In this document: one piece after another, positions 18,581 to 29,448 of the stretch
Layout: each line of letters opens with the position of its first letter
Numbering within the stretch: position 1 is the first letter of the stretch
From: Deltaproteobacteria bacterium
GTDB taxonomy: Bacteria > Desulfobacterota > Desulfobacteria > Desulfobacterales > C00003060
NCBI GenBank assembly: GCA_016930875.1
Contig: JAFGFW010000047.1
Span: 65,587 to 129,586, forward strand
Reading direction: 5' to 3'
Length of the DNA: 64,000 nucleotides
The notes under the pieces: generated by a model
The model's database searches: none
Told to the model about the DNA's origin: nothing
The model's input: only the letters and a program-made list of their open reading frames with translations
Program-made: the position numbers and the translations under genes

Positions 18581-19060
18581 ATGGATGAATGGACTGAAAG
18601 GTTTATCGCTGATGTGGAGGTCTTGGCGCAACCTCTCCTCAAGTCTGAAGGTATCACACTGATCGATGTGGAGTACCGAAGGGAGCATAGCGGGTGGACC
18701 CTCCGGTTGATTGTTGACAAGGACGGGGGCGTCACTCTAGGTGATTGCGCCGATGTGAGCAAGCAACTTGGAGACATCCTGGACGCAAAGATGGATGTGC
18801 GGAGACCGTATCACATGGAGGTTTCCTCTCCAGGTCTTGAGAGGCCGTTGACAAAACCAAAGCACTTTGTCCACTTTGAAGGCCGGCAAGTATTCATTAT
18901 GACTGACAGTCCAATAGAAGGGAAAAGGAATTTCAGAGGAGTGTTGAAAGGGTTTTCCGATGGCGTGGTTAAAGTCGCTGTTGAGAAGCGGACTTTGGCA
19001 ATTTCCTATGAGAATATCGTAAAGGCTCGACTCGATTATCATGATAGACCTGCTTCGTAG
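18581..19060 (+). CDS. rimP: Ribosome maturation factor RimP
   Basis: The pattern ...LAQPLLKSEGITLIDVEYRREHSGWTLRLIVDKDGGVTLGDCADVSKQL..ILD... is typical of RimP. It is positioned directly upstream of nusA. Confidence 0.85.
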   Translation: MDEWTERFIADVEVLAQPLLKSEGITLIDVEYRREHSGWTLRLIVDKDGGVTLGDCADVSKQLGDILDAKMDVRRPYHMEVSSPGLERPLTKPKHFVHFEGRQVFIMTDSPIEGKRNFRGVLKGFSDGVVKVAVEKRTLAISYENIVKARLDYHDRPAS

Positions 19061-19122
19061 GACGGGTGCAGGGTGATCAATCGTACGATGTTGTAATCGG
19101 AATTACAATTAAGGTATGGAAT

Positions 19123-20490
19123 ATGTTAGAATCGGATGTCAAAAGGGTTATTGAGCAAGTTAGCCGTGATCGGGGTATTGACCGGGGAGTACTGATCAAG
19201 ACCGTGGAAGAGGCCCTTAGGTCTGCGGCTAGAAAGAAATTCGGGACTACGGTGGACATCGAAGTCCATTTTGATGAGGAACTGGGTGAAATGGAAGTAT
19301 TTCAGTTCAAAGATGTTGTTGTCCAGGTCACAGAGCCTGACCTCGAAATAAGTCTCGAAGAGGGCCGTAAGCTAGATCCTGAGTGTGAAGAGGGAGATAG
19401 TCTCGGTGTCAAGATGGATACCACCACCTTTGGGAGAATCGCTGCCCAGTCGGCAAAACAAGTCATAATCCAGAAGATGAAGGATGCTGAGCGAGACGTC
19501 GTATATGAGGGCTTTGTCGACAGAAAGGGAGAGATCATAAACGGCATCGTCCAGAGGATCGACAGGGGTGACATTATCGTTAACCTTGGTCGAACCGAGG
19601 CAGTTCTTCCGGCGCAGGAACAGGTTCCGAGGGAGGCTTATCGGAGAGGGGACAGGATTCGGGCTTATGTGCTGGATGTGCTTCGTGAAACCCGCGGCCC
19701 TCAGATAATACTGTCTAGGACCCACCCACAATTCCTTGTGACACTATTCAAGACCGAGGTGCCCGAAGTCACGGAAGGCATCGTGGACATCATGGGGGCG
19801 GCCCGCGAACCTGGTAGTCGAGCAAAGATTTCCGTTGCCTCCAATGATAGGGATATCGACCCGGTGGGGGCGTGTGTCGGCATGAAAGGAAGTCGGGTTC
19901 AAAGCGTAGTTCAGGAACTGAAAGGAGAGAAAATCGACATCATTCCCTGGCACAGCGACCCAGCAAGGTTCGTCTGCAATGCCCTGTCGCCAGCCGAAAT
20001 CTCCCGTGTCGTGGTGGACGAAACCACCAGGTCTATGGAGGTGATTGTTCAGGATGAACATCTGGCAGTTGCCATTGGCAAACGGGGGCAAAACGTGCGT
20101 CTTGCTGGTAAGCTGACGGGCTGGAATATAGATGTTAGGAGCGAAAGCCAGTATAGTCATGACATGCGGGCTGGTTATGAATCCCTGATGGAGCTTCCCG
20201 GAATGGGAGCCGGCACGGCCGATGCCCTCTATGAACACGGTTTGTATTCAGTTGAAGAACTTGCCAGCGCCACGATTGATGAGCTCATTCAGATAAAGGG
20301 AATCGGTGAGACAAAGGCGCTAGCCCTATTGGAATCGGCTCAGCAGGTCCTTGAGAGGAGGCAGGAGTACGGGGATATTGTGGAAGATGAAGAAGTCTCG
20401 CATGTGTCTGGAGGGCAGGAGGACCCAAAGGGGGAGGCAGAGGAGACGGAGTCTTCAGATGAACCCACAACAGCGCCTTCTGAAAATTGA
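19123..20490 (+). CDS. nusA: Transcription termination/antitermination factor NusA
   Basis: The N-terminal region, S1 and KH domains are present (IINGIVQRIDRGDIIVNLG; DPVGACVGMKGSRVQSVVQELKGEKIDII). An acidic C-terminal HhH region follows. The preferred start is ATG 19123 (MLESDVKRVIEQV); the ORF track starts at 19066. Confidence 0.9.
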   Translation: MLESDVKRVIEQVSRDRGIDRGVLIKTVEEALRSAARKKFGTTVDIEVHFDEELGEMEVFQFKDVVVQVTEPDLEISLEEGRKLDPECEEGDSLGVKMDTTTFGRIAAQSAKQVIIQKMKDAERDVVYEGFVDRKGEIINGIVQRIDRGDIIVNLGRTEAVLPAQEQVPREAYRRGDRIRAYVLDVLRETRGPQIILSRTHPQFLVTLFKTEVPEVTEGIVDIMGAAREPGSRAKISVASNDRDIDPVGACVGMKGSRVQSVVQELKGEKIDIIPWHSDPARFVCNALSPAEISRVVVDETTRSMEVIVQDEHLAVAIGKRGQNVRLAGKLTGWNIDVRSESQYSHDMRAGYESLMELPGMGAGTADALYEHGLYSVEELASATIDELIQIKGIGETKALALLESAQQVLERRQEYGDIVEDEEVSHVSGGQEDPKGEAEETESSDEPTTAPSEN

Positions 20491-20531
20491 TGAGTCAATA
20501 ATGGGGTCCATCTTAGACTTGGAGGCAATGA

Positions 20532-23192
20532 ATGGCGAAAATCCGAGTGTATGATCTTTCCAAACAGCTCAATACAACTAACAAAGACCTCTTGGACAGG
20601 TTAAGGGAGATGAATATTTCTGTGAAGAGTCACATGAGTGCAGTAGATGAAGAGACGGTAGCTCTCATCAAAGAGGTTATGTTTGGAGGAAAACCAGAGG
20701 TTGTCGTCGAAAAGCGGATCAAGGACACCGTCATCAGAAGACGTAAAAGACCCGGGAAGAGGCCGGCAGAAACGAAAGAAGTTTCCCTCCAGGCCGAGCC
20801 GGGAAGTGATACTGTCTCAGAAGTCAAACAAGTTGATGTATCAGTAGAAGCTGAAGTCGAACCGGATCAGGTCTCGCCTGCTGTGCCTGAAGAGCCATCA
20901 AAGGAAAAGGTTATCAAGTTGGTTGAGCCTAAAGAGGCAGAGACTGAGATTGAAGAGAAAAAGCCTGCAGAGCTTCCCGTTGAATCAAAGGATGCAGGAG
21001 CGGAGCCTGAGAAGGCAGAGCCGGCGAAGAAGGTTAGGGCCAAGAAAAGGCCCAGAATCAAGAGGGAGAAGCCTGCCAAGATCATCAAGTTGCCTTCTGT
21101 TGCTGCTCCTTCTGTCAAACCGATTTCTGAAACGGAATTGGCGGTGCCTGCCGAAGAAGGATTAAAACTTAAAAAACATCAGAAAGTTGCTCGAAGACAT
21201 GAAGAGCCTCAGCCCGTTGCCAGAGGCAGAGAAAAGAAAAGGGAGATGCCGCCGGAACAAGATGTCGAAGGAGACAGGCGCTTTCTTAAGAAGAAGATTA
21301 CTTTTCGGAAAAAGGAGGTTTTGGACAGGCAAGACCTTTATGACGGAAAAGCCCTCAGGGGTCGCAAGGGCCGAAGAGGCCGTAAGGGAAAGGTAGCCAT
21401 CAAGGGCGAAAAACCCATTCTTACCACGCCAAAAGCCATTAAGCGTCGCATCAAGATCGACGATGCCATCATGATATCAGATCTGGCCAAGAGGATGGGG
21501 ATTAAGGCCGGCGAAGTGATCAGGCAGTTGATGTCCTTGGGAGTCATGGCTTCACTGAATCAAGCCATCGATTTTGACACAGCAGTTGTAGTTGCCAGCG
21601 AGTTCAACTACGAGATCGAAAGGGCCGCTTTTGAGGAGGATAGTATCATACATATCGAGGAAGATAGTCCAGACCAATTGAGACCCAGGCCACCCGTTGT
21701 GACTATTATGGGGCACGTTGACCACGGGAAGACGTCTCTCCTGGATGCCATTCGTGAAACAAAAGTGATTGACGGTGAAGCTGGAGGCATCACACAGCAT
21801 ATCGGGGCATATTATGTCACTGTGGGAGACAGGCAGATCGTATTTCTTGACACACCCGGTCATGAGGCATTCACCTCCATGCGTGCAAGGGGCGCTGAAG
21901 TAACCGATTTGGTTGTGCTCGTGGTAGCTGCCGACGATGGCGCCATGCCTCAAACCATAGAAGCTATTAATCATGCCAAGGCAGCCGGCGTGCCTATCCT
22001 TGCGGCAATAAACAAGATTGACAAACCAGAAGCAGATCCTGATCGGGTGAAGCGCGAACTGGCCGAACAGGGCCTTGCCCCGGAAGACTGGGGTGGCGAT
22101 ACAGTCTTTGTGAACGTGTCAGCCAAGGAAAAGACAGGCCTTGAAGAGCTTCTTGAGATGATACTTCTTCAGGCCGACGTTCTGGAGCTGAAGGCAAATT
22201 CTGACAAACTCGCAACAGGGCGTGTTATTGAGGCAAGGCTAGATGTTGGCAGAGGTTCAGTAGCCACTGTGCTGGTTCAGGGGGGGACATTGCACACAGG
22301 CGATGCCGTGGTTTGTGGCCTTCATCACGGAAAAATTCGAGCCATGGCAGATGATAGGGGGCAACGTTTGGACAGCGCCGGGCCTTCCATGCCGGTTGAA
22401 ATTCAGGGGCTTTCAGGGGTTCCGATGGCTGGCGACGAGTTTATTGCCGTGGCTGATGAAAAAATGGCAAAGCAGATTAGTCTGCATCGTGCGCAGAAGC
22501 AGCGCGTGCGAGAACTTGCAAAGACCAGCACGTTGACCCTGGAGAAGTATTATGAGCAGATGCAAGACGGTGTTGTCAAAGATCTGAACCTTATTATTCG
22601 GGCAGATGTTCAGGGATCTATCGAAGCTTTGTCTGAAGCCTTGCAGAATATCCCATCGAGCGAGGTCAAGGTAAACATCGTGCATTCCGCCACTGGATCC
22701 ATGGCAGAATCAGACATCATGCTGGCCGCGGTCTCCAACGCCATTGTCGTTGGCTTCAATGTTCGGCCCAACCCTAAAGTGCGGGATCTTGCAAATGAAC
22801 ACAATGTGGACATTCGATTCTACGACGTGATCTACAATGTGATCAATGACATCAAGAAGGCCATTGTGGGTCTGATGGAGCCGACCTACAAAGAACATTT
22901 TATCGGACGGGCAGAGGTCAGGGAGGTATTTAGCATCACAAAGGTGGGAAACGTTGCGGGTTGTTACGTAACGGAAGGGAAGATCGAACGCGGCAGGCCG
23001 GTCCGGCTGATTCGTGATGGCGTTGTCATATATGACGGCAAGATGAAGTCTTTGCGCCGGTTCAAGGATGACGCCAAGGAAGTCCAAAGCGGATATGAAT
23101 GTGGAATCGGGATTGAAAACTACAATGATGTGAAAGTCAACGACGTTATTGAGTGTTACCAGGTAGAGGAAGTGGCGCCTGTGCTTGAGTAG
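20532..23192 (+). CDS. infB: Translation initiation factor IF-2
   Basis: The GTPase motifs are [19 protein letters not shown] and NKID. A Lys/Glu/Pro-rich N-terminal region is present. The gene follows nusA. Confidence 0.95.
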   Translation: MAKIRVYDLSKQLNTTNKDLLDRLREMNISVKSHMSAVDEETVALIKEVMFGGKPEVVVEKRIKDTVIRRRKRPGKRPAETKEVSLQAEPGSDTVSEVKQVDVSVEAEVEPDQVSPAVPEEPSKEKVIKLVEPKEAETEIEEKKPAELPVESKDAGAEPEKAEPAKKVRAKKRPRIKREKPAKIIKLPSVAAPSVKPISETELAVPAEEGLKLKKHQKVARRHEEPQPVARGREKKREMPPEQDVEGDRRFLKKKITFRKKEVLDRQDLYDGKALRGRKGRRGRKGKVAIKGEKPILTTPKAIKRRIKIDDAIMISDLAKRMGIKAGEVIRQLMSLGVMASLNQAIDFDTAVVVASEFNYEIERAAFEEDSIIHIEEDSPDQLRPRPPVVTIMGHVDHGKTSLLDAIRETKVIDGEAGGITQHIGAYYVTVGDRQIVFLDTPGHEAFTSMRARGAEVTDLVVLVVAADDGAMPQTIEAINHAKAAGVPILAAINKIDKPEADPDRVKRELAEQGLAPEDWGGDTVFVNVSAKEKTGLEELLEMILLQADVLELKANSDKLATGRVIEARLDVGRGSVATVLVQGGTLHTGDAVVCGLHHGKIRAMADDRGQRLDSAGPSMPVEIQGLSGVPMAGDEFIAVADEKMAKQISLHRAQKQRVRELAKTSTLTLEKYYEQMQDGVVKDLNLIIRADVQGSIEALSEALQNIPSSEVKVNIVHSATGSMAESDIMLAAVSNAIVVGFNVRPNPKVRDLANEHNVDIRFYDVIYNVINDIKKAIVGLMEPTYKEHFIGRAEVREVFSITKVGNVAGCYVTEGKIERGRPVRLIRDGVVIYDGKMKSLRRFKDDAKEVQSGYECGIGIENYNDVKVNDVIECYQVEEVAPVLE

Positions 23193-23373
23193 GGGGAAAG
23201 TGCCTGAAGTGAAGTAAAGTGATCTGAAGCGTCTACGGTTGCGTCTAGCGTTTTCAGGTTGCGCTGCTGGTATCGTGTATCGTTGTTTGGTTGCGGTCCC
23301 CAGCCGTCCCACGAAACGAGTGCCGCAACTACAACCACATGTATCTTATAACTTTAGGCATTTTACACACACA

Positions 23374-23661
23374 ATGGTTATCGGAATAGGCACAATCGTC
23401 CTCAGGCTCCCTGGCAATACTTCCCTGAAGGGAAAGCGCAAGGTTGTGAAGAGTATCGTGAGCAGGCTTCGAAACACCTTTAACGCCTCAGTAGCCGAGG
23501 TGGGAGCCAACAACATTCACCAGCGCGCGGAGATAGGACTGGCTTTTGTGGGCAATGATCGGCGGGTCGTCAATTCAAAGCTGGATAAGGCCCTTAATCT
23601 TGTTGAGGCTATGCAGTTGGCCGAAATCATCGACACAGACATGGAGATTCTGAATCTGTGA
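23374..23661 (+). CDS. DUF503 (YlxP-like) protein
   Basis: MVIGIGTIVLRLPGNTSLKGKRKVVKSIVSRLRNTFNASVAEVG... matches the DUF503 pattern commonly found between infB and rbfA. The start is at ATG 23374; the N-terminal 45 codons in the ORF track read through intergenic repeats. Confidence 0.7.
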   Translation: MVIGIGTIVLRLPGNTSLKGKRKVVKSIVSRLRNTFNASVAEVGANNIHQRAEIGLAFVGNDRRVVNSKLDKALNLVEAMQLAEIIDTDMEILNL

Positions 23662-24026
23662 TCCGTGTTAAGCGAGCCGGCAGAGTGGGAAGCCTGATTC
23701 AAAAGGAATTATCTTATCTCCTGTCAACAAAAATCAAAGATCCCCGTTTGGATCTGGTGACAATCAGCCGGGTAAGTATGACTGACGACCTTCGTTCGGC
23801 TCGCATCTATTTCAGTGTTGCTGAAGGCCAGAGTCGAAACCAGGGTGTCCTGGCGGGCTTTGTGAGCGCTGAAGGTTATCTCAAACACGAATTGGGCAAG
23901 CGTTTGAAACTCAAATATGTGCCGGAACTCAAATTCGTCTATGATGAATCATTTGATCGGGCTGCTGCGTTAAACAGGATCTTTAAGACCATACATGATG
24001 AAACCGGTTCAGATGTCGACAAATAG
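23658..24026 (+). CDS. rbfA: Ribosome-binding factor A
   Basis: RAGRVGSLIQKELSYLL...DPRL..VTISRV.MT.DL..A.IYFSV is the RbfA signature. The start is GTG and overlaps the DUF503 stop by 4 nt. Confidence 0.85.
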   Translation: MIRVKRAGRVGSLIQKELSYLLSTKIKDPRLDLVTISRVSMTDDLRSARIYFSVAEGQSRNQGVLAGFVSAEGYLKHELGKRLKLKYVPELKFVYDESFDRAAALNRIFKTIHDETGSDVDK

Positions 24027-24077
24027 TTTGAGGTTTGGGTAACTGTTCACGGTATGCGATCGGATGGAGAAGATCGG

Positions 24078-25121
24078 ATGAACGGAATTGTGGTCGTGGA
24101 TAAAGCCGCAGGCATGACATCTGCGCAAGTGGTGGCCAAGGTAAAGAGAATCCTGAGGGCAAAGAAGGTGGGTCATTGCGGTACTCTCGATCCATTTGCC
24201 ACTGGCGTGTTGGTCTGCTGTATCAATCAGGCCACCCGGCTTGCCCAGTTTTTTTCACATGGGAAAAAGGGCTATGAAGCAGTTATGCGTCTTGGAATTC
24301 GAACCGACACCCAAGATCTGACCGGACGCATTGTTTCGAGAGAACCGACTCTGGCCGTAGCTGACCATGAGATAGGCCCGGTTTTTCGGCGCTTTTTGAA
24401 CGTCAGAGAGCAGGCTCCCCCCGCCTTTTCGGCCCTTAAACACCATGGCGTGCCCCTCTACAAACTGGCGCGCAGGGGGACGTTTGTACAAAAACCCTCA
24501 AGACGAATTTCGATCTATGATCTAGCAGTGCTTGACGTCGACCTTCCCTATGTCCGCTTCAGGGTAAGTTGCAGTCAGGGAACCTATATTAGAACATTGT
24601 GTGCTGATATGGGAGATGCCCTGGGATGCGGCGCCCATTTAGTCCAGTTGCGTCGAACTGAAAGTAGCGGCTTTACGTTGGAAGAGACCATATCTTTACA
24701 AGGCATGGAGAGACTCGCGGCAACGGGCGAAGTCTCAAACTGCGTCATACCCATGAGCAACGCTCTAAAGGGAATTCCGGAGATCCAGGCCAGTCAGGGG
24801 CTGGCACGGAGGATACGACATGGCGAGCCGGTGACGGAGGAAAAGCTCGGACCAGTTGACGCCACAGGCGCTCTGTGGGTCAAGGTCACCGATGCCGATA
24901 GAAACCTGATTGCAGTGCTGGGGTCAAGGGAGAGAAAGGGCGTTTTGCCGTACGTGTGTGTATTTCCTGATCCGGATAAACCGGAAGCAGAACATAGAGA
25001 ATTACCACGTAATGTTCTCAAGGCGAACGCCGCAAAACACGAAACAACGAAGACACGAAAAGGTATTTTTGCACAAATTCCGTGCCTTGAGCTTTTCGTG
25101 CTTTCGTGGTTGTTTCTGTAG
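24078..25121 (+). CDS. truB: tRNA pseudouridine(55) synthase TruB, with an unusual C-terminal extension of about 45 aa
   Basis: MNGIVVVDKAAGMTSAQVV...GHCGTLDPFATGVLVCCI carries the catalytic Asp motif. The last roughly 28 codons are encoded by an inverted-repeat element (25038-25118). Confidence 0.85.
   Translation: MNGIVVVDKAAGMTSAQVVAKVKRILRAKKVGHCGTLDPFATGVLVCCINQATRLAQFFSHGKKGYEAVMRLGIRTDTQDLTGRIVSREPTLAVADHEIGPVFRRFLNVREQAPPAFSALKHHGVPLYKLARRGTFVQKPSRRISIYDLAVLDVDLPYVRFRVSCSQGTYIRTLCADMGDALGCGAHLVQLRRTESSGFTLEETISLQGMERLAATGEVSNCVIPMSNALKGIPEIQASQGLARRIRHGEPVTEEKLGPVDATGALWVKVTDADRNLIAVLGSRERKGVLPYVCVFPDPDKPEAEHRELPRNVLKANAAKHETTKTRKGIFAQIPCLELFVLSWLFL
25038..25118. repeat. Imperfect inverted repeat of about 25 bp (CACGAAACAACGAAGACACGAAAAGG ... 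CTTTTCGTGCTTTCGTGGTTGTTTCTG)
   Basis: The arms are at 25038-25063 and 25092-25118, separated by about 28 nt. The element lies inside the 3' end of the truB reading frame, and the stop codon TAG (25119-25121) follows immediately. Confidence 0.6.
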
Positions 25122-25196
25122 ATTCTTTGCCACTACAACGATGTTTGGAAATTCATACTGAAGAAACGCGAACAACGAGAAGAGGAGGTTTTCAAA

Positions 25197-25466
25197 GTGG
25201 TTTTCGCAGTGAAAGAAAAGAAGGATTTAATTGACCGGTTCAAACTGCATGAGGCGGACACGGGGTCTCCTGAGGTCCAAATTGCCCTGCTGACCCACCG
25301 TATCAGCTATCTGAACGAGCATTTTAAGGTCCACAAGAAAGATCACCATTCCAGACGAGGGTTGTTAAAACTGGTGGGCCAGCGAAGAAGGCTGTTGAAC
25401 TATCTTAAGGCCAAGGACATTAATCGCTACCGCACCCTTATCCAGGTTCTGGGGCTCAGAAAATAG
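25197..25466 (+). CDS. rpsO: 30S ribosomal protein S15
   Basis: The start is GTG, preceded by [48 protein letters not shown] is the S15 signature. Confidence 0.95.
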   Translation: MVFAVKEKKDLIDRFKLHEADTGSPEVQIALLTHRISYLNEHFKVHKKDHHSRRGLLKLVGQRRRLLNYLKAKDINRYRTLIQVLGLRK

Positions 25467-25607
25467 TCCCGTGAATCGTGTGAGTATGCACGTTTCAAGC
25501 CCTTAGGCTTGTGTCCGCCTGCGGTGGGTCACGCCTTGGAAGGCACAGCATGCCATATCGTAAATCAGACGACAATTTTAGAACAACAAATATTGAGGAG
25601 AACATAA

Positions 25608-27704
25608 ATGGAAATATCTTTTGAAGGAGAGGTGGGTGGCAAGACACTCGCAGTAGAGACAGGAAAGATCGCCAGGCAGGCCGACGGGGCTGTTTTGGTG
25701 CGCTACGGTGAAACTCTTGTGTTAGTGACGGTTGTCGCTTCCAATGAGATCAGGCAAGGAATCGATTTTGTGCCACTGACCGTCGAATATCAGGAAAGAG
25801 GATACGCTGCCGGCAAGATTCCGGGTAACTATTTTCGCAGGGAGATTGGGAGGCCGGGCGAGAAGGCGACACTGACGTCTCGGATCATAGATCGGCCTAT
25901 CAGACCTTTGTTTCCGAAGAACTACAGAAATGAGACACAGCTCATTGCGGCGGTGCTCTCGGCTGACAATGAAAACGATCCCGATGTTCTGGCCGTTATA
26001 GGCGCCTCGGCCGCCTTGGAGATATCAGACATTCCCTTTGCGGGGCCAATCGCATGTGTGCGTGTGGGCCGCATAGATGGGCATTTCAAGGCCAATCCCA
26101 CACGGCTGGAACTGGAAGAAAGCGACATTGATCTGATTGTGGCAGGGAGCAGGGATGCCGTGGTGATGGTGGAGGGTGGCGGCTACTTCGTAAAAGAGGA
26201 GGACATGCTGGAGGCAATCTTTTTTGGCCATCAATCCTTGCAGCCGATTATAGATTTGCAAGTCAAACTCAAAGACGCCGTTGGTTTGCCAAAGCGGCCT
26301 GTCTCTGAAGACGAAGTGGATCAATACCTGGTTGACCAGATTGAAGCTATGGCGGCCGAGCGCATAAGAGAGTCTGTCAATATCCCGAAAAAGCTCGAAC
26401 GCCAAAAGGCGGTGGAAGCGATAAGAGCTGATGTCCTTGAAACTCTTGGAGAAGACTATGCAAATCGCCGTGGCGAGGTCTATGACATTTTTTATGCCGT
26501 TGAGCGCCGCGTCATACGCAACATGGCTACCTCTGAGGGACGTCGGGTTGACGGCCGCGGATTTGATGAAATCCGTCCCATTCACTGCGAGGTTGGCATA
26601 CTACCCCGCACGCATGGTTCAGCCCTTTTCACGCGGGGTGAAACACAGGCCCTTGGCGTTGTGACCCTTGGTTCGACGGGCGATGAACAGCGAGTTGAAA
26701 CCCTGGATGGCGATGTGTTCAAACCCTTTATGCTTCATTACAACTTTCCGCCATTCTGCGTGGGAGAAGTAAAACGACTGGCAGGGCCTAGCCGTCGGGA
26801 CATCGGGCACGGGGGGCTTTCAACGCGGGCTGTTGAGAAGGTTATGCCAGACAAAGAGAAATTTGACTACACCACCCGTATAGTGTCGGAGATTCTGGAA
26901 TCGAACGGTTCTTCTTCTATGGCCACCGTGTGTGCGAGTAGCCTTGCTCTTATGGATGCGGGTGTTCCTATCAGCTCGCCAGTGGCCGGGATTGCCATGG
27001 GCCTTGTAAAAGAGGGGGATACGGTTCTCATACTCTCGGATATCCTGGGTGACGAGGACCACGTGGGAGACATGGACTTCAAAGTGGCCGGCACACGGGA
27101 AGGTATTACTTCAGTTCAGATGGATATCAAGATGCAGGGCCTGACTGAGCCGGTGCTGCAACAGGCACTTGAGCAAGCACGCAAAGGCCGCCTGTTTATC
27201 CTGGACAAGATGGATGAGGCTATGAAAGAACCAAGGGCGGAAATATCCCCCTACGCCCCCAAGATCCTCACCATGCAGATCAATCCGGACAAGATCCGAG
27301 ATATTATCGGACCGGGTGGAAAAGTAATCAAGGCTATCCAGGCGGAGACTAATACACGCGTTGAAGTCGAAGAGAGCGGTCTTGTTAAAATCGTGGCCGG
27401 TAACGAGGAAGAAGGAGACAAGGCTTTGAAGATGATAGAAGCCATTGTTCAGGAAGCCAAGGTTGGAGCCGTCTACGAGGGGACTGTCCGCAAGATAATG
27501 GATTTCGGGGCCTTTGTGGAGATTTTTCCTGGAACGGACGGATTGGTGCATATTTCCCAACTCGATTCAAAGCGCGTCGCCAAGGTAACCGATGTTTTGA
27601 AACAGGGGGATAAGGTCCGGGTGAAGGTTCTGGAAGTAGACCGTGATGGCAAGATCCGGCTGAGCCGAAAGGCTGCCTTGGAGGAGCAAAAGGGTGCAAG
27701 ATAA
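25608..27704 (+). CDS. pnp: Polyribonucleotide nucleotidyltransferase (PNPase)
   Basis: Two RNase PH domains, a KH domain and an S1 domain are present ([33 protein letters not shown]). The gene follows rpsO. Confidence 0.95.
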   Translation: MEISFEGEVGGKTLAVETGKIARQADGAVLVRYGETLVLVTVVASNEIRQGIDFVPLTVEYQERGYAAGKIPGNYFRREIGRPGEKATLTSRIIDRPIRPLFPKNYRNETQLIAAVLSADNENDPDVLAVIGASAALEISDIPFAGPIACVRVGRIDGHFKANPTRLELEESDIDLIVAGSRDAVVMVEGGGYFVKEEDMLEAIFFGHQSLQPIIDLQVKLKDAVGLPKRPVSEDEVDQYLVDQIEAMAAERIRESVNIPKKLERQKAVEAIRADVLETLGEDYANRRGEVYDIFYAVERRVIRNMATSEGRRVDGRGFDEIRPIHCEVGILPRTHGSALFTRGETQALGVVTLGSTGDEQRVETLDGDVFKPFMLHYNFPPFCVGEVKRLAGPSRRDIGHGGLSTRAVEKVMPDKEKFDYTTRIVSEILESNGSSSMATVCASSLALMDAGVPISSPVAGIAMGLVKEGDTVLILSDILGDEDHVGDMDFKVAGTREGITSVQMDIKMQGLTEPVLQQALEQARKGRLFILDKMDEAMKEPRAEISPYAPKILTMQINPDKIRDIIGPGGKVIKAIQAETNTRVEVEESGLVKIVAGNEEEGDKALKMIEAIVQEAKVGAVYEGTVRKIMDFGAFVEIFPGTDGLVHISQLDSKRVAKVTDVLKQGDKVRVKVLEVDRDGKIRLSRKAALEEQKGAR

Positions 27705-28959
27705 TTTCAACAAGACCGCCCTGGACAACGGGATCAGAATCGTCAGCAAGAGGGTACCTCATGCTCGTTCGGTGGCCATGGGCGTTTGGGTGAATGTGGG
27801 CGCCCGAGACGAGAGGCCGGAGGAGAGCGGCCTTTCTCACTTTATCGAACATATGATCTTCAAGGGCACTGAAAAGCGAACGGCAGTTCAAATCGCCAAG
27901 GAGTTTGACGCCATCGGCGGCCAATCCAACGCCTTTACCAGCAAAGAGAATACGTGCTATCACGCAAAGGTCATGGATGCCTATTTGAATACGATGGTGG
28001 ACCTCTTGACTGACATTTTTCTCAACTCCGTATTTGATGCTCAGGAGGTTGAAAGAGAGCGCCAGGTTGTTCTTCAGGAAATCCGGATGCTGGAGGACTC
28101 GCCTGATGAATACGTCCATGTGCTTTTGGCCCAGTCCGTGTGGGGGAACCACCCCTTGGGCCGGCCCATTCTGGGAAGCCCTAAAACTGTGGCCAGGTTT
28201 AATTCTGCAACCGCCAAGGAATATTTTAGCCGACTCTACCAGCCGGAGCGTATAGTGATTGCCGCAGCCGGAAACTTGGAGCATGACTCCTTTGCGGAAT
28301 TGGTTGCTCAATCGTTTGAAGTAGTTGGGAAGGCAGATGGTTTTCCGGAGCGTATTGTGCCGGACATGAATCGAGTCATTAGTGTCCATCCCAAGGATTT
28401 GGAACAGGTCCATGTCTGTATCGGCGCCAAGGGGGTCCACGCCACGGATCCAAGGCGCTATGCTTGCGCTGTCTTGAATACGATTCTGGGAGGAAACATG
28501 AGTTCACGGCTATTTCAGGAGATTCGAGAACGTCGTGGTCTGGCCTATGCCGTGTATTCCTTTCTTTCGCTGTACTCTGACACAGGAACGTGGGGCGCCT
28601 ATGTGGGAGTCGACAACTCAAATACGGAGCAAGTTGTAGAAGTCATTGCCAGAGAGATGAAGCGAGCCAAAGACGAACCTGTCGATAGTTCCGAACTTAC
28701 AAATGCAAAGCAATACTTGAAAGGCGGTCTATATCTTGGCGCGGAAAGCACTGATAATCAGATGACTCGTATTGCCCAAAATGAGATCACTTTTGGCCGT
28801 TTCGTGCCTTTGAAAGAGGTGGAAGACAAAGTCGAAGAGGTTACTGCGGAACAGATACTGGAAGTTGCCCGGGAGATTTTTCAAAATGACCGTGTCTCTT
28901 TGACTCTTCTCGGACCGGTTGATAGAGACGCGTCCTACGAGGAGGCGCTCAGTCTGTAG
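27694..28959 (+). CDS. M16-family zinc peptidase (insulinase-like)
   Basis: The inverted zinc motif [11 protein letters not shown] (HxxEH) is present. The start is GTG after GGAGGAG. It overlaps the pnp stop by 11 nt. Confidence 0.85.
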   Translation: MQDNFNKTALDNGIRIVSKRVPHARSVAMGVWVNVGARDERPEESGLSHFIEHMIFKGTEKRTAVQIAKEFDAIGGQSNAFTSKENTCYHAKVMDAYLNTMVDLLTDIFLNSVFDAQEVERERQVVLQEIRMLEDSPDEYVHVLLAQSVWGNHPLGRPILGSPKTVARFNSATAKEYFSRLYQPERIVIAAAGNLEHDSFAELVAQSFEVVGKADGFPERIVPDMNRVISVHPKDLEQVHVCIGAKGVHATDPRRYACAVLNTILGGNMSSRLFQEIRERRGLAYAVYSFLSLYSDTGTWGAYVGVDNSNTEQVVEVIAREMKRAKDEPVDSSELTNAKQYLKGGLYLGAESTDNQMTRIAQNEITFGRFVPLKEVEDKVEEVTAEQILEVAREIFQNDRVSLTLLGPVDRDASYEEALSL

Positions 28960-28983
28960 TTGATGTCAGCCGGTAATTGACCA

Positions 28984-29442
28984 ATGACTAATAATCCTGT
29001 CATTCGAGTCCGCCGTCTCCGCCCGGAAGACGATTCCGATATTTCCCTGCCTGGCTATATGACCCCGAAGTGTTCCGGGATGGATCTTTGTGCAGCCATT
29101 AAGACCGAACAGGTCCTAGATGTGGGCGCCATTAAAGCGATTCCGACCGGCATCGCGATGGCTATTCCGGAGGGATTTGAAGGGCAGGTTCGCCCCCGAA
29201 GCGGGTTGGCATTCAAGCACGGGATCAGTATCATAAACAGCCCCGGCACCATAGACGCTGACTACAGAGGTGAAATAATGGTCGCCCTTATCAATCTGGG
29301 AGGAGAGCCTTATACCGTGCGCCGGGGCGATAGAATAGCCCAGCTTGTTATTCAAAAGGTGTATCAAGCATCATTAGAAGTTGTGGGGGCCCTTGACGAA
29401 ACCGAGCGTAACGAAGGCGGGTTTGGGCATACTGGGCATTAG
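28984..29442 (+). CDS. dut: dUTP diphosphatase
   Basis: The dUTPase motifs are PRSGLAFKHGI, GTIDADYRGEI, RGDRIAQLV and GGFGHTG. Confidence 0.9.
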   Translation: MTNNPVIRVRRLRPEDDSDISLPGYMTPKCSGMDLCAAIKTEQVLDVGAIKAIPTGIAMAIPEGFEGQVRPRSGLAFKHGISIINSPGTIDADYRGEIMVALINLGGEPYTVRRGDRIAQLVIQKVYQASLEVVGALDETERNEGGFGHTGH

Positions 29443-29448
29443 TGACTA

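Noticed and set aside
18191-18688. A 165-aa minus-strand ORF spanning the tRNA-Gly locus and the rimP leader.
   Set aside because: It overlaps a well-folded tRNA and a promoter and terminator on the other strand. It has no motif support.
22710-23312. A 200-aa minus-strand ORF. Similar long antisense ORFs occur at 39007..39663, 40772..41362, 42337..42957, 47584..48231, 48400..48924, 52183..52920, 26025..26585, 27385..28440 and 9720..10214.
   Set aside because: All lie antisense within strongly supported genes (infB, pabB, fdhA, acsB, the kinase, pnp/M16 and LysM). They have no recognisable motifs or RBSs and are typical shadow ORFs.
25467-25607. An rpsO terminator or pnp leader RNase III hairpin (for example CAAGCC-CTTA-GGCTTG at 25496-25511).
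   Set aside because: The stems are short and not followed by a T tract. They are plausible by analogy with E. coli, but the sequence evidence alone is too weak to call a feature.
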